Source: Eledone cirrhosa (taxonomy: Eukaryota). From it: DNA of 64,000 bases. The stretch is from positions 368,838,001 to 368,902,000 of the forward strand of contig OZ024743.1 of assembly GCA_964016885.1 (NCBI GenBank). The letters are read 5' to 3'. Positions within the stretch are counted from its first letter, which is position 1; each line of letters begins with the position of its first letter. The notes under the pieces were generated by a model. That model worked only from the letters and a program-made list of their open reading frames with translations, made no database searches and was not told the DNA's origin. Of this stretch, positions 13,047-26,699 are shown in pieces. The position numbers and the translations under genes were made by a program.

Positions 13047-15493
13047 GTTCCTAAAAAATAACTTACTAGAGGCGACGGATGAGGTTTGTGGCTGGAGTAA
13101 GACCTCAAGCAGGAGGAGAGTGACTTGGTGGTGGAACAATAAGGTAGATGAAGCAGTCAAGGCCAAGAGACAGGCATGGAAAGAATGGAAGAACGGGGGG
13201 AGCAGGGTACATTACATAGAGACCAAGAGGGAAGCTAGGCGACAAGTATACTTAGCTAGGAGGGAAGCAGAGGATAGAAAATTCAAGTATGTTTTACAAC
13301 GTGAGGACCAGAAACAGGAGGTATTCAAGATTGCGAGGCAGTGTGTCAGAGATAGTTGTGATGTCATTGGAGAGAAATGTATCCGGAATGATAAAGGTGA
13401 GCTTGCCCTCACAAGTGCTGAGAAGAAAGATGCATGGAAGAGTCATTATGATAGATTACTAAATGAGGAGAATGCATGGGAAGAAGAGACCCTACCCCCA
13501 CGTAGACCCTATAGAGGGACCAGCAGTACAAGTCAGCGGCAGCGTAGTAAGTAAGGCAATCAGAGATATGAAGATAGGGAAGGCAACCGGTCCATCGGGT
13601 ATAGCTGCCGAGATGCTGAAGGCATCTGGGTCTGTAGGTCACACTATAACCACACGTATCGTTAACCAGGTAATACTAGAGGGGCCATACCAAAAGATTG
13701 GTGCAGTAGCATCATTGTCAACTGCTACAAAGGTAAAGGCGATGCACTAGATAGAGGAAACTATAGAGGTATAAAGTTGATGGACCAGGTCATGAAAGTA
13801 ACAGAAAGAGTTATAGCACAGCTGATTAGGGACCGGGTGAATATAGACGAGATGCAATTTGGGTTTGTACCAGGGAAAGGCACCACTGATGCCCTCTTCC
13901 TTGTGAGGCAATTACAGGAAAAGTACCTAGCTAAAAGTAAGCCACTCTACTTGGCATTTGTCGACCTTGAGAAAGCCTTTGACAGAGTTCCACATGCAGT
14001 AATCTGGTGGGCTCTTAGAAAACTAGGAGTAGATGAATGGCTTGTGAAAGCGGTACAAGCCATGTATAGGGGAGCAGTCAGCAAAGTTAGGATTGGCAAT
14101 GAGTATAGCGAGGAATTTAGCGTACAGGTTGGGGTCCACCAGGGCTCTGTTCTTAGCCCTCTCCTGTTCATCATAGTCCTGCAGGCAATAACGGAGGAGT
14201 TTAAGACCGGATGCCCATGGGAACTCCTGTATGCTGATGACCTCGCACTCATAGCTGAATCTATGGTAGAACTAGAGAATAAATTCCAAACCTGGAAGCA
14301 GGGACTAGAGAGAAAGGGCCTCAAAGTCAACATGACAAAGACTAAGGTCCTTATAAGTAGACGAGAAAACAGAACCCAGATCCCCTCAGGGAAATGGCCT
14401 TGCTCAGTATGTAGGAAAGGTGTAGGTAGGAACTCCATTCTCTGCCCCAAATGCAAACAATGGGTACACAAGAGATGTAGCGGGATCTCAGGAAGCTTAA
14501 TTAAGAATGTAGGATTCACATGCAGCAGCTGTGCTGAAACAGCAAGCAAACAGCCACAGGAAACAAGTACCACCAATCTCTGGGAGGGCCCTGTAGAAAC
14601 AGTAGACAGCTTCTGCTACCTAGGTGACCGAATTAGCAACGGAGGTGGGTGCTCAGAAAGTACAATAACTAGGGTAAGAACGGGATGGAAGAAGTTTAGG
14701 GAACTACTACCACTGCTAGCTGCAAAAGGCTTCTCCCTCAGAATGAAAGGCAGACTGTATGATGCGTGTATCCGAACAGCGATGTTGCATGGTAGTGAGA
14801 CCTGGGCGCTGAAGGTGGAAGACTTACGTAGATTAGAGAGAAACGAAGCCTGCATGCTCCGATGGATGTGTAACAGTAATATACGTGAACGACAAAGCAT
14901 AAAGGAATTGAGAGAGAGACTGAGCATAAGAGGAATCAAATGCTGCGTGCAGGAGAGGCGGTTACGCTGGTATGGACATGTGATGCGTATGAAGGATGAC
15001 AGCTGCATAAAAAGGTGCAGAGCACTAGAAGTTGATGGAAACCGCGGAGTGGGGAGACCCAAGATGACTTGGGATGAGGTGATAAAAGCCGACCTTACCC
15101 AACTACACCTCTCAAAGTCAATGACACACGACCGTGACTTCTGGCGTCACGCAGTAATACAGGGTACCCGACCTCCCATGGGTACATGCTGAAGCATATA
15201 AACAATATGCCCCCCCCCCCCCACCGCAAGGTGGTCGTGGAGGTGCCACGGCAAAAAAGCACCCAGCCCACACTGTAAAGTGGACGTGTAGGCGCCACGA
15301 AAAAGCACCCAGCACTCACTGTAAATGAGGTTGGTGTTAGGAAGGGCATCCAGCTGTAGAAATCAAGCCAGATCAGTTCCTGTATGAGCAAGGCATGGTC
15401 AGCCGACCAGACACTGCCCACAACAGGACAACCCGTCTAACCCATGCTAGCGTGGAAGAACGGACGTAAAACGGTGATGATGATGATGATGAT
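13047..15493 (+). mobile_element. Young RTE LINE, 5'-truncated; ORF2 with RT and PHD finger, 3' UTR and (GAT)n tail
   Basis: ORFs 12994-13554 and 13777-15192: QFGFVPGKGTTDA, FVDLEKAFDRVP, GVHQGSVLSPLLF, LYADDL, C4HC3 finger, [14 protein letters not shown]. Two single-base shifts fall in homopolymers. Confidence 0.95.
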
Positions 15494-15522
15494 ATATATA
15501 TATATGACATATATACATATAT

Positions 15523-15589
<67 letters not shown>

Positions 15590-15590
<1 letters not shown>

Positions 15591-16311
15591 ATATAAGAAA
15601 ATAAACCGAATACTCTGATAGCTGGATAATCTTTAAGATTTTCCTCGATGAAGCAGGAAAAATGCAGGTTTTCACCTAATGCGTGCGTAAAAGGCTGAAA
15701 AAATGAAGTTTTTCACCTAATGCGGGCCCTAGGCCATAAAAAAGTTGGATTTTCTTTGCTCACGGTATGAAGAAGAGACTGACTAATACATAGTTACAAT
15801 TTCAAGGAAATCAGTCTGACGTAACGCCTCAAAAACCTCTAAAAACCTGAAAAACACAGTTTTTCACCTAATGAGGGCCCTAGGGGATCGAAAAGTTGAA
15901 TTTTTTATGTGTATAACACTCCCTGAAACATAAGTAATACACATGTAAAGTTTGAAAAAAGTCGGTTGGGTACTTCTCGAGTTTTAGGGATTCAAACTCA
16001 CACACACACACACCCTCAGGAAAGTGACGTAATGCAGACAGTCAGACATACAGACAGATATTATAAGGGCGCGACGTTATATGTATGTATCTATCTAAAA
16101 AGAGAAAGACTAAGAATTATAGAGAGAGATCGGTTAATCGCCTAATGCGGTCCCTAGGGCATTGAAAATTTGAAATTTTCTTTGCTCAGAACACTCCCTG
16201 AAACATAAGTATTACATGTGTAAAGTTTGAAAACAGTAGGTTGAGTGGTTCTCGAGTTTTAGGGATTCAAACTCACACACAGACAGACATCCTCAGTTTT
16301 ATATATATAGA
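15590..16311 (-). mobile_element. Non-autonomous Helitron-like element, 5' part, with internal duplication
   Basis: Minus strand begins A|TCTATATATATAAAACTGAGGATGTCTGTCTGTGTG, similar to the start at 59245. About 15866-16010 is repeated at about 16141-16285. No CTRR 3' end found. Confidence 0.5.
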
Positions 16312-18082
16312 TTGTATATATAGATAATATTGTAGTGGGTTAAATATATAAATATCTATATATATTTTAATAATAGCATATGTATTATTATTATCGCACA
16401 TTTCTTATCGCACACAATTCAGTCTTCTAATATTTTTAGAAGTGGAAGGATCACTAATTTCTCAACAACTACTGAGGAACAGAGAAAAGTGTGGACTTCA
16501 GTTAATAAGATGTTGCGTAACAGTTTCCAAAACTGTCCAGTTGTTACCAGGTGATTGCGCAATAGGTCTGTTATTTTTCTTAATTTAATACTTAAAATTA
16601 AGTCTAACAAACCATATTGCTGTAGTTAGTATTTTTTTACTCTAGCAAACTTGTTCCTTACGATTCAAACACATATATGTTTATATTAGTGTTCATCTCT
16701 CTTATTTATTCAATTATATTGTACGGCTTGGAAAAGCTTTTTTCTTAGAGCCATTTAATTGTAAGAGACTACTCTGAGTTTCTAACTCACTATATATAAA
16801 TCAACATATTAAGTTTTAGTTGCTTTGGGTATAAGTTTAATCATAATCTTTATTGACTCACAGCATTGGCTCAAGGTCCTCCTTCTATTCCTTATATTTG
16901 CTTTTTATTGGTGCCCTGCTCTCCTGCCACATCCCTTCCATAACATGAAAACATTTTCCTTGATGATATATGCACAATAACACAATGTGAAGACAGAATT
17001 GCTATTTCAAAAGGTGTAATTATATTTTTTACTTGTTGAAACTAAATTCTATATATTTATTTTAAGCAAGATAATTTATAGTATCTTGTTACAGAAAAAA
17101 AAAAAAAAAAAAATGAACATTGACCATTTCATTTTTTTAACTACCCCCTGTTGCTTTCTTCAAATGTCATTACAGGTTTATTTAAATAGATAGCAAGTAT
17201 TTTGTTACTGCAAACTGTTGTTTTGAAAAGATAGAAATATTCTTGAGTGCTTTTTCTTGGTGCTTATTGTCCATTGTCACTACCAAGGGAGCAGAAAGAT
17301 TAAACAAATATTTCAGTGTAATACAAGTTGAGCATTTATGCCAAAGAAAGACTATCTCTTTATCTTCTTTATACAGTTAAGTTCTTTATGCACAAATACA
17401 CACGCAAACATACATACATACATACATACATACATACATACATACATACATACACACACACATATATACGTACATGCATACATACATACATACATGTACA
17501 TATGCATACATACATACACACACATGTACGCATACATACAAATCATCAAGCAAGATAATCTACAAGAGTACACAATAAATTGAGTTTAGTGCTATACAAC
17601 TTAAGATAATATGTAAACTAACTAAATATAAACATTTTAACACATATTGTTTCTGCAAACTTCATACAAGTACAGACGAAAGATTCATCAGCCAGAAAAT
17701 AACTGAAAGGTAATTTGAATTTATCTACATTATATACTAGTGGAGCTGTGCCATCAATAACAGTTTCTGATTTAGGCACACAGCCAGAAATTTTAAGGGA
17801 AATGGAAAGTCAATTGAATTGACCACCAATGCTTTACTGGTACTTTATTTTATAAACAAAACCCTGGAAGAATGAAAGGCAAAGTTTACCTTGGCTGAAT
17901 TTGAACTCAGAATACAGAGTATTGGGTTTCTCTTGTGCAATCCAGTAATTAATCAAAACAAATCTGTTAGTTTGTATAATTGCTCATATATCTGGTAATC
18001 CTGCTATACAAGTCTTGGACACAAAAATTGTTAGCCAATGCTCTAATGTTTCTGCCAATCTACTGCCCTTGTTCTGTCAATA

Positions 18083-18265
18083 ATTGTCTCTACTTTAGGC
18101 ACAAGGCCAGCAATTACCCAGTGCATTACTGGTACTTTATTTTATTGACCCCGTAAGGATGAAAGGCAAAGTCAACCTTGGCGGGATTTGAACTCAGATC
18201 GTAACGGGACGTAACTATGCTGGAAAGCATGGCGTCCGACCCTCTACTGATACTGCCAATCCACT
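18083..18265 (-). mobile_element. Nin-domain-type tRNA SINE; other copies at about 2240-2380(-), 17765-17915(-), 24780-25000(+), 36020-36130(-), 50345-50490(+), 60120-60250(+) and 61430-61630(-)
   Basis: B-box CTGAGTTCAAATCCCGCC followed by GTTGACTTTGCCTTTCATCCTTACGGGGTCAATAAAATAAAGTACCAGT and the end GCTGGCCTTGTGCCTAAAGTAGA. Confidence 0.7.
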
Positions 18266-18526
18266 GTCAATAATGATGTCTATAGTGTTGAATGTATTTA
18301 CTTTATGGAGTCCAGGATTTGGATAGCATATATATATATCAGAGTTACAAGATATATGAGCAATCATACAAACTTCTTATTGTAGCACCGTAACTTAAAT
18401 AGGAAATGCATGGTGTGCATGTGTGCATATGTTTGTGTGCGTAAATTGTAAAGATGAACAGACAGATATATATAAATATACGAGCACATATAGGATATTA
18501 CTAATACAATTATATATATATATATA

Positions 18527-20470
18527 TCGTCGTTTGTACGTCCACTTTTCCATGCTTGCATGGGTTGGATTGGTCCTTTTCAGCATGGCATCCCTCCACT
18601 TGTGCATTCCTTCATTTTCTCCTCTGTCAGGCTTAATGATTTGATGTTAACTCTCGCTACCTCTGCCCAGGTCTTTCTTATCATCCTTTATTGCGACTTC
18701 CTTTCACTTGGATTTGCTGGCATTTCTTCACCCATTGGTTATTGTCTATGCGGATCACATGTCCATACCAACGCAACCTTCTCTCCTGCACATCACCTCA
18801 GATTCCTCTTAAACCCAGCGTTTCTCTCAGCTCGTCCAAGCTCTGCCTTTCTCTCACATTTACATTGCACATCCAACAAAACATGGTTTCTTCTTTTCTC
18901 TCCAGTCCACGCATGTCCTCTGTAGTCACAGCCCATGTTTCACAACCATGCAGCATTGCGCACTGCACACAGGTGTCATACAGCCTTCCATTTGTGTGTT
19001 GGGAGAAACCTTTTGTTGTCAACAATGGGAGCAGTTCTCTAAACTTCTTCCATCCTATCTTTATTCTAGCTATTATACTCTCAGTGCACCCTCTTCCACT
19101 GTTAATTAGGTCACCTAGATAGCAGAAACTATCAACGACATCTATGGATCCTTCCTGTGATGAGAAAAAGTTTATATCATTAGTAGTCTTCCTCTCGATT
19201 TCTCCTATATATCTTCTACAAAGTTCTCCCTTCCTGTTAGTCTACTCGTTATCCCTCTATATATTTTGTGTATCCAATATTTACATTGTGTACATTGTAT
19301 GCATATTGAGCATGGTCAATTCCCTGAGGGAATCTAAGTCCTATATTCTCTCATACTCACTAGCACTTTAATTTTGGCTAAGTTTACTCTTAAGACTTTT
19401 GATTCCAAATTCTGTTTCCATAATTAGAATATATTTTCTATTTTCTTTTTTTGTGTCAGCTATAAGGACCAAATCATCTGCATAGAGAAGTTCTCATGGG
19501 CAGCCCATTTTAAACTCCTCTGTTATGGCCTGAAGAACAATAATGAACAGCAATGGGCTAAGAACTGAGCCTTGATGAACCCCTACCTCTACCTTGAATT
19601 CCTTGCTAAACTCATTTCCTACTCTCACTTTACTGATAGCTCCTCTGTACATAGCTTGCACTGATCTAACAAGCCATTCTTCTACACCTAATTTCCTTAA
19701 GAACCACCAGATAATAGATCAGGGTACTCTGTCAAAGTCATCTTTAGATTAACAAAAGCTAAATATAATGGTTTATTTTTTACTCAGAACTTCTCTTGTA
19801 GTTTCCTCACTAAGAAGAGTGTATCTGTTATACTTTTCCCAGGCATGAAACGAAATTGCATCTCATCTATTTTGACTCTTTCCTTAATTAGTTGCACTAT
19901 AACTCTTTGTGTCACTTTCATAAATTGGTCCATTAGTTTTATTCCTCTATAGTTGCTCCTTTCTAGAATATCGCCCTTGAACTTGTAGCAATTTATGATT
20001 GTACTACTGCACCGTCATTGTATATGTCTCTGCTTGATTTACTATACAGGTTACTATTTTGACTCCTATCTCTCCACATGCTTTTAGCATCTCAGCAACT
20101 ATTTCTGATGGTCCTGTAGCTTTACTTTTTTTTCATCTCTTTGATTGTGTCTTTGAAGCTAAAACTATCAATTTCCTTTGGGTAAGTTATGGGTAATTTC
20201 TCTTCCTCTCATTCATTCTCTACATTCATCAATCTCTCATAGTAACATAACCCAGCCTCTTTCTTCTGGGCATCAGTAGTGCTAAGTGCACCAACATCAT
20301 TTGTAACACATTTTTCCCCAACAACATCTCAATTCATACTAACACACTACCTTGCAAAATGGAACACTTCACATCTCTGGTCCAAATTTACTTTTTTCAG
20401 CCTCACTCAAAACTGTGTATACCTGTCATCTTGCTTCTCTCTTAGCTACTTGGTACCGGTCTTTGCTGCC
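18527..20470 (-). mobile_element. Old RTE LINE pseudo-copy, paralogous to 9431-11030
   Basis: GRLYDTCVQCAMLHGCETWAV and RT motifs with stops; close to 9890-11030. Confidence 0.88.
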
Positions 20471-20499
20471 CCCATTTTATACATATATATTCAGCCCTC

Positions 20500-23425
20500 A
20501 ATCATGCCCAATCTCAAATCCTCCCTCTGTCAGCTCCATTCCACTCTCAAACGCTTCCTCCAACTCCTCCCCCTATTTGCATCCAATCCTCCTTGCATAT
20601 CTTCACAAAACCATGCTATGATAGTCACATCACATTTTTAAGCCAGTGTCTCCACTATCACCTCATTCCCCGAGGTTTCTGCCTCAACTTCCATTCAACC
20701 TCATACTCAGCTCCCATCACTGAACCCATCCTTACCCGCTTCTCTTGCCATCTCATGCGAGTGATTATCCATTCCACTATCTCTCAAATCCGTTCTCTCG
20801 ACCAAAATTTCCCCAAAGCCTACCTTCTTTTCTCCTCCACTTCCCACCCCTACACGTCCAATCCATCATCCAATTCATCCTTCACCTCAAACGCCTCCTC
20901 TTCATTTTTCTCATCTCTAGCAAGAATCAAAACTTTAACTCACTCTGCTCCCTGCCTGCCATCATCACACATACCCACCTCATATCCAGCCTTAACCCAA
21001 CTATCCTGTCACCTACGATCCCTCTCTCCTCTCCTCACCTCTGACTCCACACACACCATGCCTAACCACCACACTCCGTCCACCTCCGCTACTTTCACTC
21101 CTTTATGTACTTCCACTATTGTCACCCTACCCCAGGACCTACCACTCTTCGAAGCTGAACACTCCCCCTTCACCAGGGGTTTGTGCTTCATACCTACTAC
21201 ATCCACCTGCGATGAGTTCCACACACATACTGAGATTACAGGGTTCTTCTGTCAACTAAAACTCAAAGCTTTTTTCCACAACACACCATCATCGATGCAG
21301 ACGACTTCACAAGTCTCAGTTGCCAGCAATCACACTGGACACCAAGCTCTGGCCAGTTCAGTACCCTCGACACCTTTGTCGACACTTACCGATGTACTTT
21401 GAGCTGGTTCAATCTCCACAAGCATTCTCATTACACCAACCTCACTCGAGCCAAGATCTCCACTTTTCGTAGCCTATGGCATCATGATGACAATGTCACC
21501 AAACCTGCCGATAAAGGTGGCGCTGTGGTGCTGTGGTGCATAGAATTTTACAAGACTGAGGCTCTCTACCAACTTTATGACACCCAATTTTGCCACCCTT
21601 TATCCTCCGACTCCACCCCTGGCTACCAACAGTTCATGTGCATTCACCAGCTCATCTTCTCCTCTCTCCTACCCCCATAGCCACCATCCTTATAGTATGC
21701 ACCCTTCACACACCCACCATCTACTTCCCCCTTAAAACCTGATAATCCTGATAAACCTGATAATCCTGGCCATCCTATCATTTCTGTCTGTAACAGCCCC
21801 ACCAAAATCATCTCACCATGATACCTTGCCCCCTTAGTCGCCAACCTCCCCTCGCAGATCCACAACACTAATCATTCTCTTAGACTTTTCGACTCCTTCT
21901 TCTCTCCTGGCCCCTCTAACCTTCTATTCACCCTGGACATCACCTCCCTCTATACCTTCATTCCTCATGATGATGGCCTCCACACTCGCCAACACTTTTT
22001 GGACCTATGCCCTACACCTTACCTTAGCACATCCACTCTCCTCTGTCTTGCTGAGCTTGATCTGACCTTCACTTGCTGCACCTCTACCACCTGTCATCTA
22101 TTCCCTCCGGTGTTCCCTTTGTGGGTTTATTTACATCAGGCAGACAGACCACCATCTGGCAGACTTACTTGCCAAACACTTGGGTAAAAGACACTCCTGT
22201 TGTTAGTCACTTCCATTCCCCAACCATTCTACTCAATACCTCACTGTCTCAGGCCTCCTTTTATACCATGGATCCATAGCCACTTGCACCAGGACCAAGC
22301 AGAACTTAATTTTCCGTCTTGGAACCACTTTTTCAAACAGACTCAAACCCCCTCAGTTCCTATAATCTCCCTTACCCTTGCTCTTACACACAAACACACG
22401 TACATATACCCACACACAACTCCAGCCACCACACAATACACACCCACATTTACAACATCCATATATACCACTCCATACACATCTAATACTGCACACACCT
22501 AACCATCAACCCAACACTTCCGGATGCGAGGACACATATGTGCGCCTGCCCACACTCACCACCAATACATATTCCTGTGCTCACATCCATGTGTGCTTGT
22601 TTCTCTTGAGTGCTCTGTGTTCGCGTGGCCCCTAGTGCCATGACTATGTCATCGTCAGTGTTGAATGTTTTCTAACATTTACTCTGTCCCCAACACTTCC
22701 TGGCTCTATCCACCTCCACTGACGTAATGACATCACACCTTATAGCTTAGCCATTTATGGTTGTACCACTATATTGTCATGTGTGAACCTAAGCAGCTTC
22801 TCTTACAACCATACTAAGAAATGAAATATACAGGTGACTACCATTTTCACAACCTCCTCTTTTTTACACAGCCACTCTCGGTTGCTGCTGTGTGTGTTTA
22901 TGTACGGATATGTAGAAATTCATATACATTCTAATAGATCCCCTTACGTTGGTCAGTTCACACGTGGATGCTCACTCGTTCATCCCCACTCTCTCAGCAG
23001 CCAGCCTGTCATGGTTCAAGGCTTCTCCTTCAAACATACAAACACACCTTCAAGTGAACACACATGCACACACACGAAGACACACACACACCAACACATG
23101 CACGTATACTCACATGTCCATCCCACACATATATTGGTTACCTCCCTTCCTAAAACTCTCTAATGCATTAGGTACCCCTTGACTAGCCACTCTCCAAGAT
23201 GGCTGATTGAATATGCACGTGTGTTTTTTTCTCCCCTTTTTCCCCATTCCTTCCTCTTATCACCCTTTACTTTCTATTTATCTTCTATTTCTAACTCTAT
23301 CTTCTGATGAAGGACTAGTATCTGAAACGTTAAGACTCTCTTCCTGCTATGTCAAGCGTTAAACTAATATATTTCTTCCATGTACTGTGTCATTTGTTTT
23401 GTTATTTCTGTTTATCTTTTACATA
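20500..23425 (+). mobile_element. Decayed Penelope-like element with internal RT deletion and long 3' UTR/pLTR
   Basis: DSHITFLSQCL..LIPRGF, VTLPQDLPL..GLCFIPT, KPADKGGAVVLW, DNPGHPIIS, LDITSLYTFIPHDDGL; then a jump to GIY-YIG-like VIYSLRCSLCGFIYIRQT at about 22090. HHR near the 3' end. Confidence 0.8.
23300..23335 (+). ncRNA. Minimal hammerhead ribozyme in the PLE 3' region
   Basis: TCTT-CTGATGA-AGG actagta TCT-GAAA-CG-T-T-AAGA; palindromic AACGTT at stem III. Confidence 0.6.
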
Positions 23426-23629
23426 CATACACACACGTGTATATATATATATTTATATATATATATATAGATAAATATACACGGGTGTGTATGATTGTGT
23501 ATAGAAGATTATATTAATAAAAGGAATTCCAACTTTGTCTGATTTACTCGTTTTATTTACAATCCTTTAAAATTTATAATGGTATTATAATGAAATAGTA
23601 TGGTAGAATATTAAATGTTAAGTGTTAAT

Positions 23630-23668
23630 TGAACAAATACTTTCATGCTTTCACAATCTTCAGGTTCA
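23630..23668 (-). ncRNA. Minimal hammerhead-like motif
   Basis: Minus strand: TGAAC-CTGAAGA-T TGT gaaa GCA T-GAAA-GTAT-T-T-GTTCA. Confidence 0.5.
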
Positions 23669-23812
23669 TATTGTGTGGTGACAGTCAAGTTTGCAATTTT
23701 CAACTGTTGTGTGGTCATACTGCTGGTGCGATAACAGTAAGGTGGTAGTGCTGGTGCAATGAAAAAGGCTCCTAATACATTCCGTAAGGTTATATATATA
23801 TATATATATATA

Positions 23813-24152
23813 TCATCATCATCATCATCATCATCATTTTACATCCGCTTTTCCCTGCTTGCAAGGGTGGGACGGGAACTGATTCTGGCCTGATTTCTAC
23901 AGCTGGATGCCCTTCCTAACACCAACCTCATTTACAGTGAGTGCTGGGTGCTTTTTTTTGCCGTGGCACCTACACGACCACTTTGCAGTGGAATGATAGG
24001 GATCCCAGTCCCTATCATCTCATTTCTACAGCTGAGTAAACTGGAGCAATGTGAAATAAAGTATCTTGCCCAAGGAAACAACACATCACCCGGTCTGAGA
24101 ATTGAACTCACAACCTTTCGATTGCAAGCCCAATGCTCTAACCACTAAGCCA
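23813..24152 (-). mobile_element. tRNA-derived SINE with RTE-derived 3' tail (same family as 38718-39055)
   Basis: Minus strand: GGCTTAGTGGTTAGAGC (A box), GAGTTCAATTC (B box), CCTTGGGCAAGATACTT body, tail GGAAGGGCATCCAGCTGTAG..(GAT)n. Confidence 0.85.
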
Positions 24153-24362
24153 CTCTATCTCAAAATTATTTTTGAAAAGCATTTAGAAGTGCGCAACCGG
24201 TAAAAACTTAAAAACTTAAAGCCACAACTGAATACTAACCCATACAATCACTAATACTCTTTTATTCCTAATTAAACCATTTTTCAACTGTGAACAATTT
24301 GTCAGCATTTTCTATTCCGTTTACCAATATATAATAACTTGTGTGTTACACCTCTATTCTTT

Positions 24363-24461
<99 letters not shown>

Positions 24462-26376
24462 TCTTGCAAGCATAAAATTACATAATTTAAATAAATAAAA
24501 CGCTGTACCTTTTTTTTTTTTGCAAGATTTGGGATGAGGAGGAGGAGCAGGAGGAAGAAACGGAATATTGAAAATTATGAAGGTCAAGGAAAACTTGGGG
24601 GATTCAAGTGTTTTCACATAGTCAAGGAATTATTTGATTAAATATATTTTTACTATACACTGTCATTTCTGATGGGTACTAATGCTAAAACCTAACCATC
24701 TTTCACTGTGGAATGTGTTGTATGTATGAGCTCTTGTAGCAAAAAATAAAGTATTTTTATTATTATGGTTTGAAGGAGGATGGTGGATTGGCTGTATCGG
24801 TAGAGCACTGGATAACATGTTTTGTGGCATACTGTTACAACCCTTTACAATTTGAGTTCAAATCCTGCCAAAGTTAGCTTTGCCTTTCATCCTTATATGG
24901 TCAATAAAATAAAGTGCCAGTAATACACTGGGGTTGATTTGGTTGACATTTGTCTTCCCTTCAAATTACTGACCTTGTTCCAAAAGTAGAAACAATTATT
25001 ATTGTTTATGTTTGTTTTGCAGTATATCAGGAAGATGTAATATGTTTATCTGTCTGATTTAGTATGCTTTTTGTTACAACAGTGGGGTGCTAGTTTTTAT
25101 ATTTTTGTGTTTGCTTCTTTTTTCTTTTTCTTCATTTTCTTTTCTTGATAATATATTTTAGCAGTTATCTGAATCATACAAACTATTTGAAAAAGTTATC
25201 TTAGAAGTAAAATATTTCTGAACTATGCAACAAAAAAAAATTTAAATTGTTAGAAAAAAAATACAGAAAATCCAATGAAACAAATATATTCTATTTGTTT
25301 GAAGCTTACTTCAGCACTTCACAATTTACTGAAGAAATATAACTCCTACCATCTTATAACTATCTACTGTCATTTTTATTAACAACAGCAAGTGGTTTTT
25401 TACCATCTATTTGTTGACATCTATTTTCCATGCTTGCTTGGGTTAGACAGGCTGTCATTTTATGAGACTAGGCAGGGCAGGTAACCACATCTAGTTCATA
25501 TGCTCCATTTTTGGCTTGGTTTTTTATGGCTGGACGCCCTTCCTAATACCAACCACTTTACAGCAAGTATTGGGAGCCTTTATTGTGGCATCAGCACTAT
25601 CACCTTACGGAATGTATTAGGAGCCATTTTCATTGCACCAGCACTACCACCTTACTGTTATCGCAACAGCAGTATGACCACACAACAGGGAGGATGGGAT
25701 GCTTTTGTTGTGGCACCAGTACAACCATCTTACAAGGAAGGCTAGGTGTTTTTAGTTGGAGCACTAGCGTGACCAACGTATGGTGTGGAATAAGTGCTGG
25801 CTTTGAAGAGAGGAGGTTGGGCTTGGTCGTATATTATGGAACATGACCAGCTTTCCATGCATACATGGGTTGGACAGAAGAGGTGTATTGAGGAAGTGAA
25901 ATGGGGGAGAGGGGTGCCCATCATCATCATCATCATTGTTAGAAATTTATTTTCCATGCTCACCTAGGCTGGTCATATTGATCATTTTTGGCATGGCCTC
26001 AACAACTGAAAAATATAACATCCTCCTTTTCACTCTGCTTTTCCATGCTTGCATGAGCTGAACAAAACATTTTGAGGCAAGATTTCTATTTCTTGATGCT
26101 CTCCCTGACACCAACCTATAACATATTCTAATATATATCTTATTCATTAAATATTAGGAAAACAATTCTGAAGATGGCAATTTTCTATCAAAATATCATG
26201 TTGTTTGAGTGGCTGAATTATATTCAACGAAATTGTGAGTAGAATTGCCTGTTTAACAATAAAACTTTGCAACAAGAATGTATTCCTATTGTCATTCTAT
26301 CAGTATTATGGTGCTTCAAATAAATTCTGTGCTTATTACTGTATATTATATATGTGTATATACACACACGCACGCA

Positions 26377-26477
<101 letters not shown>

Positions 26478-26699
26478 CAATATCATCACCATTTAAACCT
26501 TTAGCATTTATATTACTCTATATTTACTATTGTATTTTCACAGTAAAGGCTTCATCTTATATAATTATCTCACATAATATTGAATCTATGAGATTTTGAT
26601 ATTATTTATTTTGACATCAGTATGAGCAGCCGGTTATTGCTGGTTTGAACAGAAAAAAGTGAGAGAATTCTGGCTGGATATGGCCCATTTAAATGCTAA

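Noticed and set aside
13947-15062. Long antisense ORFs over RTE copies (also 39377-40081, 40977-41702, 52380-53495)
   Set aside because: Shadow frames of ORF2; they recur only because the copies are nearly identical.
17640-17695. Minus-strand CTGATGA..GAAA-CAATATG-TG
   Set aside because: G at the cleavage site and no helix I or II pairing.
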